Assembly (NCBI GenBank): GCA_030265395.1
Contig: JARFYF010000059.1
Span: forward strand, 20,140,476-20,204,475
Reading direction: 5' to 3'
Length of the DNA stretch: 64,000 nt
DNA from: Rhina ancylostomus
Taxonomy: Eukaryota
Shown here: in pieces, positions 1 to 13,325 of the stretch
Numbering within the stretch: position 1 is the first letter of the stretch
How the letters are laid out: each line of letters starts with the position of its first letter
Notes under the pieces: model-generated
Seen by the model: the letters and a program-made list of their open reading frames with translations, nothing else
What the model was told of the DNA's origin: nothing
Databases searched by the model: none
Program-made: the position numbers and the translations under genes

Positions 1-150
1 AGCGAGTGGATGAGAGAGGGAGGGATGAGGAAGGAAGGATGAGGATGGAGGGGGATGAGGATGAGGGAGGGAGTGGGGATGAGGGAGATGGGAGGGAGGG
101 AGCAAGGGGATGAGGGAGAGGGGAGAGGATGAGGGAGGGGGAGAGTGGAT
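1..150. repeat. Purine-rich (GGGA/GGGATGA) low-complexity tract
   Basis: Almost pure G/A with recurring gggatgaggg units. Confidence 0.85.
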
Positions 151-1190
151 GAACACCAGCATTCAACAGGGTCATGGTTAATCTTGGGCTCAACTCCACT
201 TTCCCAATTACCTCAGTCATTACATGCTCCATGTCAGCCTGGAACATATGGATTCAGCATCCACAGCTGTTTGAATTTAAACTTCAAAATATTTGCAGCC
301 TTCAATCAGTTACCATTTATCCTGAGACCAAATTGATACAGTATTGGACACTAAGGAAATTGAGGGATCTGGGGATAGACTGAGGAAGTAGAGTTAAAGT
401 AGAAGATCAGTTGCAATATTGAATGGTAAAATGAGGTCAAGGGTTCATATGACTTCTTATGTAAGTCAATTGCATATCTGCCTGACTTTGATGTGGATTT
501 CAAAAGAGACATTTTACTTCATTTTCCAAATACCTGGATCATGGATAGTTTGTTCGTTATCTGTATTGCACCATCGTTCTCCGAGGAGGAAGCTGTCACT
601 AAGGACATCTTTGCTACTTCTAAAGTTCTTGAGGGAAAACCTTCATCAGAGAGATGAGGGGAGTTGCTCCTCTCTTTTGAACAACACATACGAAGTTTTG
701 CACCCAAATGTTTAGGCAGACAATGATTCACCTGGCCGAGAGCAGATCCATGTGAATAGACCTGCTAACTCTCTGGACTAGTTCCAGTAAAAGACAATTG
801 TAGTGAATTGGATTGTTATAAATGTAAAGGGATAGAGCATCTGTAGTAGGTGAAGCGATCTCATCCCCTCCAGCAGATAGGCCTGGATTAGGATTATGGA
901 ATTGGAAGGGCAGCCTGCACCTGTGGTAGGCATCGAGCTGCAGCCACTCTTCATCATTTTCTCTTGTCAATAGGTCTTGATTTTTCTTCTCATAGCTGCA
1001 ATTTCACAGCCCCAGGATCTCTTGGGTAGTTTTACACTAGTTTTATAAAGATCAGGAAATTGTTTATAAATTTCAAACTGCAGCTCAGAGTGTTTACTTT
1101 CAGATTATTTTGTATTTGTAATAAATTTGACAGATGCATACAAAGCAGTGAGTGTGCACACCAAGTCACTGCAGTGGCTACTGTCGCTAA

Positions 1191-1331
<141 letters not shown>

Positions 1332-1359
1332 TGAAGGTCCCTTGTATTCAGAGCTCTGA

Positions 1360-1600
1360 AAGAAAGAAATAATGTCATGTGCTCTAGATGTCTCAATGCT
1401 TTGCAGTCATTAAAGTACTTTTGAAGTGTGATCTTTGTTTAGTATAGGAAAAGCAGCATCCAACATGTGCACAGCAACCACAAAAAAATAGCTACCTGAT
1501 AAGGACCTGTTTACTTATGTGGGTTGAGGGATAAATATCAATCGGGGCATCAAGAAGAACTTTCCTCACAATGCATGAAGGTGCTACTACTGAGCTACAC
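1360..1600 (-). mobile_element. Degraded Deu-SINE-like element
   Basis: Reverse-strand resemblance to the repeat at 45570-45930 (atgtgcacagcaa, ggttgagggataaatat). Confidence 0.4.
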
Positions 1601-1905
1601 CTGATAACAAAAATTATTTCTAAATTACTTTCATGTTACATGCCTATTGATGATACTGTCCTGTGAATCAATGTATATTCCCAGCTCTGTGTTTCCAATT
1701 GCCCTTTGAAAGCTTGGATTACAATCTGTCTTTTTAATCCTTCCTGTTTAACATACTTATAAACAAACCTTTCACAAACAAGGCAGCTCGGCTTTGTCAT
1801 TGCTTTCTGCCAATGTTTTGTGACTTATCCTCAGGTTGTGCAGTTAAAATTTGATCTATGGCTCTGTAAGACACAAAAGGTTGTAATTCTTTATAGTTTT
1901 GTTGA

Positions 1906-2055
<150 letters not shown>

Positions 2056-2669
2056 TAAACTCTGACCACTACTACCTGTTGTAATCAAAAAGACATTATT
2101 TTTAGAAAGGTGGCACCTAGTAAGCCAGAAAGGGGCACTGGGAGAGTCTGAGCAAGTGAACTAACTTCTTGCTTTTTGTACCTCAGTGATGTAGCCCTAT
2201 TATCTTGTTTTGTTATAAACAAATTTGACCTTGTTTTTTGTTTCTTTTTGTTCTTTCCTTTCTTTCTTTATTCTTGGTCCTTTATCTGCTATTCCTGTAA
2301 TGTCCATTGTCTATTAGAATGACTGGAGTTTCAAATTAACCTAGTTGATGAATACCACTTTTCGTGTGGTAAAACATATCAAGGAAGAATTATTGTGCAA
2401 ATTTGAGTCTGAGGCAGTCTGGGAACCAAATATTTCAGGTGTGTTTTAACTTGGGGAATTCCAGAGCTTGGGGCTTAAGCAACTGAGGGTGTGACCAGTG
2501 ATGGTGGGGTAATTAAAACTGGAGTGGCACAAGAGGCCAGAATTGATGGAATATAGAGATCTTGGAGGATTTTATGGATGAAGGAATTTGCAGTGGCAAA
2601 GAATGATGAGGTGGTGGAAAAATATGAAAACAAGAACAGGGCAATGATTTGTAAATGGAATTCTGATCA

Positions 2670-3850
2670 AATTCTGTTCAAGATGGGAAATAGAGAGAGT
2701 CCTGGAAACTGTAGACTGGTGAATCTCATGTCAGTGGTAGGGAAGCTATTGGAGAGAATTCTTAGGGATAGGATTTATGAGCATTTAGAAAAGCATGGTC
2801 TAATTAGGGACAGTCAGCATGGCTTTCTGTGGGCCAGGTTATGATATACAAACTTGATTGAGTTTTTCGAAGAGGTGACTAAGGCGATCGATGAAGATAG
2901 AGCTGTGGATGTTGTCTACATGGATTTTAGTAAGGCATTTGACAAGGTGTAGAAGGTTGCCAAAGGATACAGCGGGATATAGGTCAGTTGCAGATATGGG
3001 TGGAGAAATGGCAAATGGAGTTTAATCTGGCCAAATGTGAGGTCCCTCATGGTAGGCTCATCTAGAAGATTAAGATGCATAGGATCCATGGTGACTTGGC
3101 CATTTGGATTCAGAATTGGCTTGCCCATAGAAGACAGAGCGTAGTGGTCGATGAGTCTTATTCTGGCTGGAGGTCCACGACTAGTGGTGTTCTGCAGGGA
3201 TGCCGAATGGGACCTCTGCTGTTTGTGATATATACATACATGATATATAAAAATGATTTGGACAAAAATGTAGGTGGGCTGATTAGTAATTTTGCATATG
3301 ATGCAGAAATTGGCAGATAGTGTGGAAGATTGTCAAAGGATACAGCAGGATGTAGATTAGATGGAAATACAGGTGGAGAAATGGCAGATAGAGTTTAATT
3401 TTGTCAAGTGTGAGGTGTTGCATTTTGGGAGGTCAAATGTAAGAGGAAACTACATAGTAAATGGTAGGACCCTTATGAGCATTTGATGCACAGAGTGAGC
3501 TTGGGTACAAATCCCTGAAACTGGCAACACAAGTGGATAGAGTGATAAAGAAGTTATACGTCATTTTTGCCTTCATCAATCGGGGCATTTATAAAAGTTT
3601 ACAAGTCATGTTGCAGCTTCATAAAACTTTAGTTAGGTCACATTTGGGATACTGTGTGTCGTTAGGGTCACCACATTACAGGAAGGATGTGGAGGCTTTG
3701 GATAGGATGCAGAGGATGTTCACCAGAATATTGCCTAGATTGGAGAGTATTAGCTATAAGAAAAGACTGGATAAACTTGGGTTGTTTTTACTTGAGTGTT
3801 GAAGGCTGAGGAGTGACCTGACAGAAATATATTGTTATGAGTAGAAATCA
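2670..3850 (+). mobile_element. CR1-type LINE ORF2 (reverse transcriptase) fragment, degraded
   Basis: Peptides PGNCRLVNLMSVVGKLLE, LIRDSQHGF, VYMDFSKAFDKV, WIQNWLAHRRQSVVV, SGVLQG, HKTLVRSHLGYC, with stops and frameshifts. Confidence 0.92.
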
Positions 3851-3950
3851 NNNNNNNNNNNNNNNNNNNNNNNNNNNNNNNNNNNNNNNNNNNNNNNNNN
3901 NNNNNNNNNNNNNNNNNNNNNNNNNNNNNNNNNNNNNNNNNNNNNNNNNN

Positions 3951-4507
3951 GTGACTTCACAAATTGATAGGGTGGTAAAGAAGTCATATGGCATGCATGC
4001 CTTTATTAGTCAAGGAATTGAATTCAAGAGTTAGGCTTTGGCGACGGTGTAGGAGAGGTTTACCAGGATGCTGCCTGGATTAGAGGGAAGGTACTATAAG
4101 AAGAGGTTAGACAAACTTGGGTTGTTTTCTCTGGAGTGGCAGAGGCTGAGAGGAGAGCTGATAGAAGTTTATAAAATTATGAGAGGCAGAGATAGACAGC
4201 CGGTATCTTTTCCCAGGGTTGAAATGTCTAATACTACAGGCATACATATAAGGTGAGAGGGTGTTAGTTCAAAAGAGATGTGCAAGGCAGGGTTTTTACA
4301 CAGAGTGGTGAGTGCCTGGAATGTGCTGCCAGGGGTGAGGCAAGTACGATAGGGATGTTTAAGAGACTCTTAGATAGAGACATGAATGTGCAGAGAATAG
4401 AGAGATATGCAAAAGCAAATAGGTGTCATTAGCTTAATTAGTTCAAAAGAACATCTTGGGCCAAAGGGCCTGTTCCTGTGCCGTACTGTTCCATGTTCTA
4501 TGTTCTA
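3951..4507 (+). mobile_element. CR1-type LINE 3' end
   Basis: RLDKLGLFSLEWQRLRGELIEVYKIMRG motif; 3' UTR gggccaaagggcctgttcctgtg followed by a (tgttcta)-type tail. Confidence 0.92.
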
Positions 4508-5167
4508 ATATGTGTAATAGGAAATATTTTAAGCTGAAGTGAAATGTGGAAGGCAGCCAGGAATAGTTGGGATTGAAGATAATAAAAGCATGGTTGCAGG
4601 TTTTAACAAGCTGAATGATGTCAGGGTAGGGGACTGATGATGTGGAATAAAATGGAGGTGGAAATAATTGATTTTTATAGCAATTTTTGTGGATTTCTTT
4701 CGAGCGATCCTTGATGTAAAGTGCCTGTATGTAAATGTGGGGTCAGAAGCATGATGTCAACATTGGTGACTAGCCTACTTGGCTTATTTTCTTAACTGAT
4801 ACATAAATACTAGTAACTTGGTGAAGCACTGGAAGAGTTGCAAAAAATGACAGCTCATCATCAGAGCCCTTTGAAACTGTTCCAAAACCCTAAGGGCGAA
4901 CAGGACTTGTGGAACAGAATAGTACATGAGGCCATTCATCCTATCACATCAGTACCTTTGCCTTCACCGGTTCTTTTGTGATTAGAAAAGTCTCTGACTC
5001 TTTCTCCTGTTCCGTGCAATATTTTCTCCTTCAAGTATTTATCCAAAAGGATGAAGTTGAAGTGCCTAGAATGGTTTCCCTTCAGTCAGAACCCCTTGGA
5101 ACAGTGAAAGCTGTCAAGAAAAGTTTTTTTATAAAGAATAAAAGAGGATGCTTTTACATTTTTAAAG

Positions 5168-5278
5168 GAAATGAGTATTGCGGGCAGTTCAGCCAGGGAG
5201 AAGTCCACGGACATGGAGTAATGAAGTACTCTGATGGTGCCCAGTATGAAGGCGAGTTCTATTATGGTGCCCGAGCAG
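5168..5278 (+). CDS. MORN1: MORN1 coding exon (exon 4 equivalent), 111 bp
   Basis: Acceptor tttttaaag, donor gtaaat. Encodes GNEYCGQFSQGEVHGHGVMKYSDGAQYEGEFYYGARA(G); lies within ORF 4978..5298. Confidence 0.95.
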
Positions 5279-5420
5279 GTAAATATTATTTTCATTGATT
5301 TTTGACTTCCAGCTGCAGCCTAACTTTGCAGTTTAATGTATTGCTTTCTGGTATAAGTACAAGATGGATCTCGGCTAGTTGCTGGTAGAATGTATAACTC
5401 TACCTTGTCCTTCTATTTAG

Positions 5421-5511
5421 GACATGGAGTACTGACTGATAAGGAGGGTCAGATTTATCAAGGCTCTTTCTATAACCATATGAAACATGGAGAAGGAGAG
5501 ATGTTCTACAA
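5421..5511 (+). CDS. MORN1: MORN1 coding exon (exon 5 equivalent), 91 bp
   Basis: Acceptor ttctatttag, donor gtaagt. Encodes GHGVLTDKEGQIYQGSFYNHMKHGEGEMFY(K). Phase 1-2. Confidence 0.95.
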
Positions 5512-5849
5512 GTAAGTGAAGAGCAGTTACAAGGTGCTCCAATTTATACATGGAGCTGGTCTTATACATGTATACAGACATGGATATGTGATTGGCATGA
5601 ATACAGACACAAGCACACCACATACAGATGCACACAGAAAATACCAAGGGGTTCAGATACATGTACAAGTACACATATCACATATGCTACACACACACAA
5701 AAAATGGTTACAGTATAGTAGGAGAGCATTTAACCCACCAAACCTATACCTGTTCTATGTAAGAGCAATCTAGCTGGTCTCATTTCCCTACCCTGATCCC
5801 ATGGTTCTGCAAATTATTTCTTTTCAGATACTTATCCAGCTCCCTTCAG

Positions 5850-6010
5850 TCAGAACCCCTTGGAACTTCCTCTGTTGCAAGGAGAACAACTCCTGCTTCT
5901 CCAGTTTATCCAGTCCCTCATTCCTGGAGTCATTCTAATAAACGTCTTCTTTACCCCCTCTAAAACCTTTATATCTTTCTTAAAGCACAGAGCACAATAG
6001 CCCAACTGTA
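5850..6010 (-). mobile_element. Old CR1 fragment
   Basis: Minus-strand peptide QLGYCALCFKKDIKVLEGVKKTFIRMTPGMRD. Confidence 0.7.
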
Positions 6011-7459
6011 GCCAAAACAGGGTTTTATTAATATTTGTTATCATTTCCTTGCTCTTGTTCTCTCTGCCTTGACAAATCTCAGGATCCTTTATTGACTACT
6101 TTCTTGATTACTCCTGGCTCTCTAGATGAACAATGCACAAGTTGCCACACACAAGCAGACACATGTTGGCAAACACAGACACACAAGTACACCTACACAC
6201 ATGTGCAGGTGAAGTGGTGCTTTAGAATACATAGAGTGAGCACTGATTAGATGCTCATACCTGTTTTCAGCTGTGTGCTTACCTGATTTTCATAAAGCCT
6301 TCTCCTTGTCCATTTTTGTCTGCCTTCGCCTTCCCCTTCCCCTTCCCCAGTCTTAGAAGACCCAAATGCGGAGCCCTTAGTATGACGAGAGGAGGAAATT
6401 TCATCATTTTTGAAGGGCAATTCTCCCACACACCTCCAGCCTGTAGATCAATCTAACCTAAATCATAGTACTTGGGCATGATAGGTTTCATGAAACAAAC
6501 TTCAGCTGGCACTGAGGGTCTTCAGAGAAAGACTGAAGGGAGCTAAACTGTCAGAGAATAAATACCATTTAAATATATGGTCCCTGCTCCCATTGTACAC
6601 AAAACATGTGGGACAGGCCATTCTGTAGATAATGAACTTTTTAAAGCCATTAGAATGAAAATGATTGCATTGACTAGAACTAATGACTTCGATATTGCTG
6701 GTTTATGAAGTCTTTCTTGTTCCATTGATACAAATTGTAGCCTGTAGAATCTTGAGTGAGTTCTTTAGTGTAGAATTTTTTTAATATAGAGTTATTCATT
6801 CACATATAAGCATGTTTTAATGATTTTGTGCCTTTGTTTCATGACATTGCATTCTTTAGAGCCATTGCCTATCTTATCTCAAGCAGCTTTTTCATACTAT
6901 CATCCTATTCCTATATTTTCATTGGTATTGATTATCTGACTTATCCCTTTGTTCATGTAATGATGTTCATTTGGCGATGTGTGCTGACTTAGCTTAAGGA
7001 GGTTGGGGAACAAGGACCAGAGAAGTAAGTTAACCAGAGTTCCTGCTCCTGAATTCTTTCCAGTATCCCTACTGGCAAATATGTTTGTGAATGTTAGGTG
7101 AGAAAAGCAATAGGCTCAGTTGAGATGCCCTCTACAGTTAAATCAATTGCCAGCCATTCACTGGCTGGGTTTTCATGCAGAGATCAACCTGATTTTACAG
7201 ATAATGGGGGAGCTTGGCAAGAATGGGCACTTTGAGGAAAGGAGGAGCTAAAGTAGTGGGGTGAAACAATAAAATATGCATTGAGAATAAAAAGACTTGA
7301 CCCTCTCTCTAATTGCTTTATTTAACTTTATTCATGGAATGTGAGTATCACTGGCAAGGAAAACATTTATTGTTCACCACTAATTACCCTTGAAATATTT
7401 GCAGTGAGCATGAACTTCTGTAGTCCATGTTATGAAGTTACTCCACAGTGCTATTTGGT

Positions 7460-7810
7460 TACAACATATAAGATCCTGAGGGGTCTTTATTTGGTGGATA
7501 AGGAGAGGATGTTTCATACTGTGGGAGAATCTAGAATTAGGGTCATTTGTTAAGAGTAAGGGGTGGCCCACTTAAGGCAGAACTGAGGCAAAAAAAATTC
7601 TGTTTGTGAGTTCTTGGAATACTCTCTTTCAAAGCACAGTGGAAACAGAAGTTTTGAAAATTCTTAAAGCAGAAGTCGAAAGATTCTTGATATATGAGAG
7701 AGTGAAAGATTATTACAGGTACAGAGGACCATGGAGTTAAGGTTACAACCAGAAATTATTAAATGTTGGACCAAGTTCCCGGAGACATAATTCTGATGCT
7801 AATTCTTATG
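7460..7810 (+). mobile_element. CR1 3' fragment nested in an older LINE
   Basis: Peptide TYKILRGLYLVDKERMFHTVGESRIR. Confidence 0.8.
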
Positions 7811-7935
7811 TTTGTATTTTCATAAAGGGTTCTGGGGTTTTGACCCAGCAACAAGAATAAATACCGTCTTTTCTTCATGATAGGCTATTCCCTAATTTGC
7901 AGGGGAACTGAGGTGGTCTGAAGTATTTGCCTCTA

Positions 7936-8390
7936 GCATAGTGGTTAGCGTAATGCTATTACAGTGCCAGCGACCTGGATTCAATTCCCGCTGCTGCCTG
8001 TAAGGAGTTTGTACATTCTCCCCTTGTCTGCGTGGGTTTCCTCTGGGTGCTCTGGTTTCCTCCCACATTCTGAAGATGTACAGGTTAGGAAGTTGTTGGC
8101 ATGCTATGTTGGCGCCGGAAGAGTGGTGACACTTGTGGGCTGCCCACACCCCAGCACATTCTCAGTAATGCAAAAAGACATATNNNNNNNNNNNNNNNNN
8201 NNNNNNNNNNNNNNNNNNNNNNNNNNNNNNNNNNNNNNNNNNNNNNNNNNNNNNNNNNNNNNNNNNNNNNNNNNNNNNNNNNNGAGTGGTGACACTTGTG
8301 GGCTGCCCCCCAGCACATTCTCAGTAATGCAAAAAGACATATTTCACTGTGTGTTTCGATATACATGTGACTAATAAGTAAATATCTTGT
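7936..8390 (+). mobile_element. tRNA-derived V-SINE (HE1-like)
   Basis: A-box-like agtggttagcg, B-box-like ggattcaattcc, V-domain ttctcccc...tctgcgtgggtttcctctgggtgctctggtttcctcccaca. Spans a 100-N gap. Confidence 0.88.
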
Positions 8391-11300
8391 CTTTTGGATG
8401 ATGAAGACTGTGGATTGTAGGTGCTCTTGAAACCTTTGCAATTTGCTGCAGTGTATCTTGTAGATGGGGCACCTTGGAGCTACGCTGTGCTTATGGTGGA
8501 GTGAATGAATTAAGTGATTGATGGGTTGATGATCAAGCAGGCTGCTTTGTCCTTGATGGTGTCATGCTTTTTAAATGTAGTTGGAATGCCACTTATCCAA
8601 CATATTCCACCGCACTCCTGACTTCTGGCTTGCGAATAATGAAAAGATCTAGTGATTTGGGATTTGAGCCACTTGCTATAGGATTCCCAATCTATGACCA
8701 CTTGTAGCCGTTGTATTCATTTGGCAGGCCTGCTTAAGTTTTTGGTCATTAGTCACTCACAGGATGTTGATGGTAATTCTCCATATAACTAATATTTACC
8801 AGACCCAGCAAAATCCTCCTATATCTCCTCTGCATCTTTTACCATGCCATCACATCCTTTCCCTAATGTAATAAGCAGAACAGTGCACCGTACTCAGTCT
8901 GTACTTAACTGATGTTTTATGCAGTTCTAGGATGACCTTTCTATACTTGTGTTCTGTACCTGAGGGAATAAAAAGATATATCCTAGACATGCCCTTAATC
9001 ATCTCTCTGCTCTGCAATCTTGTATGGATGTAGATTCCATTATGGCACTGTTCCTTTATTCTTTTTCCTGTCAGCATTTTCTAGATCTTTCTCCATACAG
9101 GTTTGGAGTGCTCATTACCTAAGAGTGGCATGGAGGACTGGAGACTGTGCAATAATCAGCAAACTTCCTCACTTCTAACTTTATGATGGAGGAGCTGTCA
9201 TTGATGAAGTAGTGAAGGAGGACTGAGCCTGGGGCACTGCCGCCCAGTGATGTCCTGAGGCTGAGATGATTGGCTTACAGTGATCTTAACCATCATCCTG
9301 GGTGCTAAATGATAGAGAGATTACATAGATTCTCATTGACCAGTTTTACTAGGCTCTTTGAAGCCACAGTTGGTCAAATGTTGCCTTACTAAGAACATAG
9401 CACAAACAAAATAGGGCCATTTGATCCTATGACCTTCTGAGCCTGCATTAATATTTTCTTCAAAGGTGTTNNNNNNNNNNCATATCCCTTGATTTGTCTG
9501 ATGTCTAAAGATCTCTCGATCTCTATCTTAAATATACTCAACACCCAACCAGTTCCAGCCCTCTTGGGTTGAGAATTCCAAAATTTTTCTGTCCTTTGAA
9601 TGACAATTTTTTTTTGTCATTTTCTATTCTAATATTGCCTTTCCTACCCTCATTCTAGGTAACAACTATGAGAAACATCCTTCTACTATGTACCCTGTCA
9701 ACTTATGATAAGCAGGCATTGTCCACTGAACCTCTTCCCACAACATCTAATGAGCCTTGTTGTCCTCCCTCTAAGGCAAGGAAATCAAAACTGTGTTTAG
9801 ATAAACACTTGAAAAGCCATAGCATTGGAGGATATGGGCTGAGTGCCAGAAAATGGGATTAGTAAAGATAGGCACTCAATAGCTAACATTGACGAAATGG
9901 GCTGAAAGGCCTCTGTCCATGTTGCGTTCCTCTAAGATTTCAGAGTCCTAAATGATTGCAGGTAGACTTCTTTAGCTAGTCTTGACTCACTTTTTGAACT
10001 TAATGCTTTGTCTATAGTTAAGGTAAGACTGAGTAGGACTACAAAAACTTAAACAGAGTATTTATGAGCAGATAGTTGGTTTGTAACTAGTACTTTGTAT
10101 CTCCACCTGGTAGGTTGTGACTCTGTGTACAATTTTCTTCAGGCATGAATTAATACTGCAGCACAGTTATAAAGGCAATAATAATAGAGGGATTTTGTTC
10201 CAAAGACTGCATAATGCAGAGGTATGATTAGTAATGTAGAAGTGCATTTCTACAGACACAGAATAATAGAGATTAATACAGGGTACAATTCTAGAGACAT
10301 TGAATAACACAAGAGTAGAGTCCTATGGGGATAGAATAGTGCAAGGCTACAGTTGTAAAGGCACAGTAATGGGGCACAGATCAATAGGCACAGAGTAATA
10401 CAGGAATATAGATCAGCCAGTGGAACATAAGGCATGGGTACAGCTTTCTGTGTTTCACCCAGCCACTCTGCTTGTGTGTTTTGGCAAGTTGTTCAGCTAG
10501 TCTTGAACTGAAGAATCAAAGATTTTCAGTGGGCGTCTGGAAATTCTGAAAATGTAAATCTGCTGCCAAAAGTCTTCTGTTTAAAAAAAAGTTTACTTTT
10601 ACTGAAATGTAAGAGCATTAATTTATTTTACATTGTTAGAGTTTTCAATAATCTTCATTAGCATGATTTGACACTTTCTCTTACTGCTTTCCAGTTTTGA
10701 ACTTGGCTAAATGTGGTCAGCTAATGTTGAACCTGGTAAACCACAGCGGAAGCTGGTTTAGGCCACTCCTTGTGCCTACATGTCTGCACTTTCCAACTGA
10801 GAGCATGGGATGATGTTTAGGAACAAGAATTCTATTTGCTTTTTTCACCTCCCACTTCCTATAACACAGAGGCATTAAGGCCAGTTATTGAATTCTCCTC
10901 TTATTGCCAATGAACTTGTCAATCCTACTACTGACCAATGATTAAGCAGGATCCTCTCCACATTGTAAGAACTGGCCATTACCTCTAAGCCAAGCAGCAG
11001 TTAGAGAAGCTGCCAAGATCACCTTGACATCAATGGTTTGCAGTAAATAATAAGGTAATATGTTTGTCTCAGACAATACATTTTATAGTTTTGAAAGTCT
11101 TTGGAAGAAGGTGTACTGTCTGGACCACTTTCTTTAATTATCTAAGAATTAAGAATTAAAATAAAGTCAATGGGAGTTGTGTGCGCCTCTATGTCTGGAA
11201 TAAAAAGGGATAGTTTCCAGTCAGTGACAAAGACAAAGTTTGTACTTGCCACTAATGTCATTTAGTATACCCATGGTTTTGTTGGGCTCTGTGACATGGA

Positions 11301-12984
11301 TTTCCCTTTCTTAAATCTGGCATTAGCTGTGGGTCCAGCAACAATGGTATCATCAAGCTAGCTGTGGAGTCAATCAGAAGGAATGATCTGCATTTATTTG
11401 GAGCCTTTCACATCCCTTTAAGGATAGTCCTAAATGCTTTATAAGGTTTTCATTAATCTCTATTTGACTTCAGAAGCTTAGTCATTGTTATAGTGAAGGA
11501 AATCGTATTGAAGAGTTCTGAGAGCCAGCAAGTCAGAAAATTATAAGGTCTATTTGTTTTAAATTTTATTACGCATGTTACAATGAGTAAAGATCTAGAC
11601 TACAAGTGGATCAAGGTAGAAGCTGAAATATCATAAATAAGCATTAAAAAATCCTATTTTGGAATAATTTTTCTGAGAGGCCCCATAGTCTGCAAAAATT
11701 ATTTTTTTGGGACCAGTGGCTTGGTTCAGCAATAATTATGGCCTAATACATTGCTTGAAAACTCAGTTACACTTAATTCATCAAGATGCAATATTTTTAG
11801 TGCTTTAAACAACAAGAATATTTGGTCAAAAGGACATGGATAACCTGGAGGAGCTGGGCTTGCATTCAGACGTATCGACCTTGATCCAGAGACATGTTAG
11901 AATCCCACCACAGCAGTGGGGGAGTTTAACATTAACCTGGGATATAAAACTACCACCAGTAAATGGTAATTACAAAAATACAGGGTTGTTGTAAAAATCC
12001 ATCAGGTTCGCTATTGCACCAAACAATGTGGTTACTAATCAACTATACCTTCCTCCTTCCCCCATCATCCCANNNNNNNNNNNNNNNNNNNNNNNNNNNN
12101 NNNNNNNNNNNNNNNNNNNNNNNNNNNNNNNNNNNNNNNNNNNNNNNNNNNNNNNNNNNNNNNNNNNNNNNNCATCCCAACTCAGTTCAGGAGCAGTTAG
12201 TGTTAATAAATATCTGCATTGCCAGCAATGTGCACATCTTGTGAATGAATACATTAAAAAAAAGTTCTCTTCAATTCATTGATTCTGTGTTGATTGCCTT
12301 GACATAAACAGAACTGCATTGTCATGTGGAAAGGTAGACAATCATCAATAGCAGGTCCTGCATTTCCTTGTTTAGACTTGCATGTCCTCTAGAAACAACT
12401 ATTGGGTCTCCATTATAACAGTGAGTGAAAAAAGCCTCACCATTGTTCTCATCACAATTTTATAGGCCATAGTTAATGGAAAGGTAAGCTGTAGAAAGTG
12501 ATAAATAATGTAAACCTTGCATCCACAGAGTAAGGCTTCACCATCAGGATAGTGAGCTGGTCTTGTTCTACTTGGATTTTGTACCACTTGCAATATAACT
12601 CCAGTGCAGTAAAGACAGACAAGGGTAGTGAATTTGTTAATGCCTTGTCGGTGGTTGGCCTGTTAACTTTGTAAGTTCAAGTCCATTTCTTGTTCCTAAG
12701 TATTACATATAGCCTAATGACACTGTCCAAGTCCATCTTGTTGGAGGTCTTCTGGTTGAGATATTAAATCAAAGCTCCATCTAGCTGGAAGCAAAATATT
12801 ACATGGTATCACTTGAATGAGAGCAGCAAATATTCTGGTTTTCAAGTCAACACTTATCCCTTAATCAACACAGGAACATGCATTAACTGCCCTTTGTATT
12901 ATTGCTATTGATGGGATTGAACAAATTTCTTGTGTATTAAATAATGGTGACTACATGCCACAAGGTAGTCGTAAGCTTTTTTTT

Positions 12985-13325
12985 CCATTCCGTCTTGGTA
13001 CATGGATATCACTGGCATGATTGGTATATACCATCTGTCTGCAATGTTTCAAAAGTGTCACAGTTGCTCCCATTTGTGCTGTTACATAGGGAGTCCCAAG
13101 ATTTTGATGCAATACCTTTGAAGGAATGGTGACATGTGTCCAAGTCAGGATATGAGTGGTTTGGAAGGGAACATGGAGGCAATAATGTTACCATGTGCCA
13201 GCTGCCCTTATTCTATATGGGCTGAATGCTGCAGGTTTGCAGGGCTGTCGAGGAAGTGTTGGCAACTACTGTTGATAGTGCAAACTATAGCCATGGAGAG
13301 TTGGTGTTGGAAGGAGTGGATCTTT
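12985..13325 (-). mobile_element. Old LINE 3' fragment (same family as 7320-9390)
   Basis: Minus-strand peptide SKSWDSLCNST, plus shared nucleotide motifs with 21720-22100. Confidence 0.55.

Larger units (their letters stand above)
7320..9390 (-). mobile_element. Old non-LTR retrotransposon 3' portion, broken by nested insertions
   Basis: Pieces at about 7320-7455, 7825-7860, 8390-8780 and 9100-9390 resemble copies at 12985-13325, 21720-22100 and 48045-48920 (shared motifs atttattg...taattacccttga, caagcaggctgctttgt). Clade not determined. Confidence 0.6.

Noticed and set aside
7936-8010. tRNA-like A/B boxes
   Set aside because: This is the head of a V-SINE; no complete cloverleaf.
8121-8342. 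Direct repeat either side of the 100-N gap in the V-SINE
   Set aside because: Probably overlapping contig ends or haplotypes around a placeholder gap, not a real tandem duplication.
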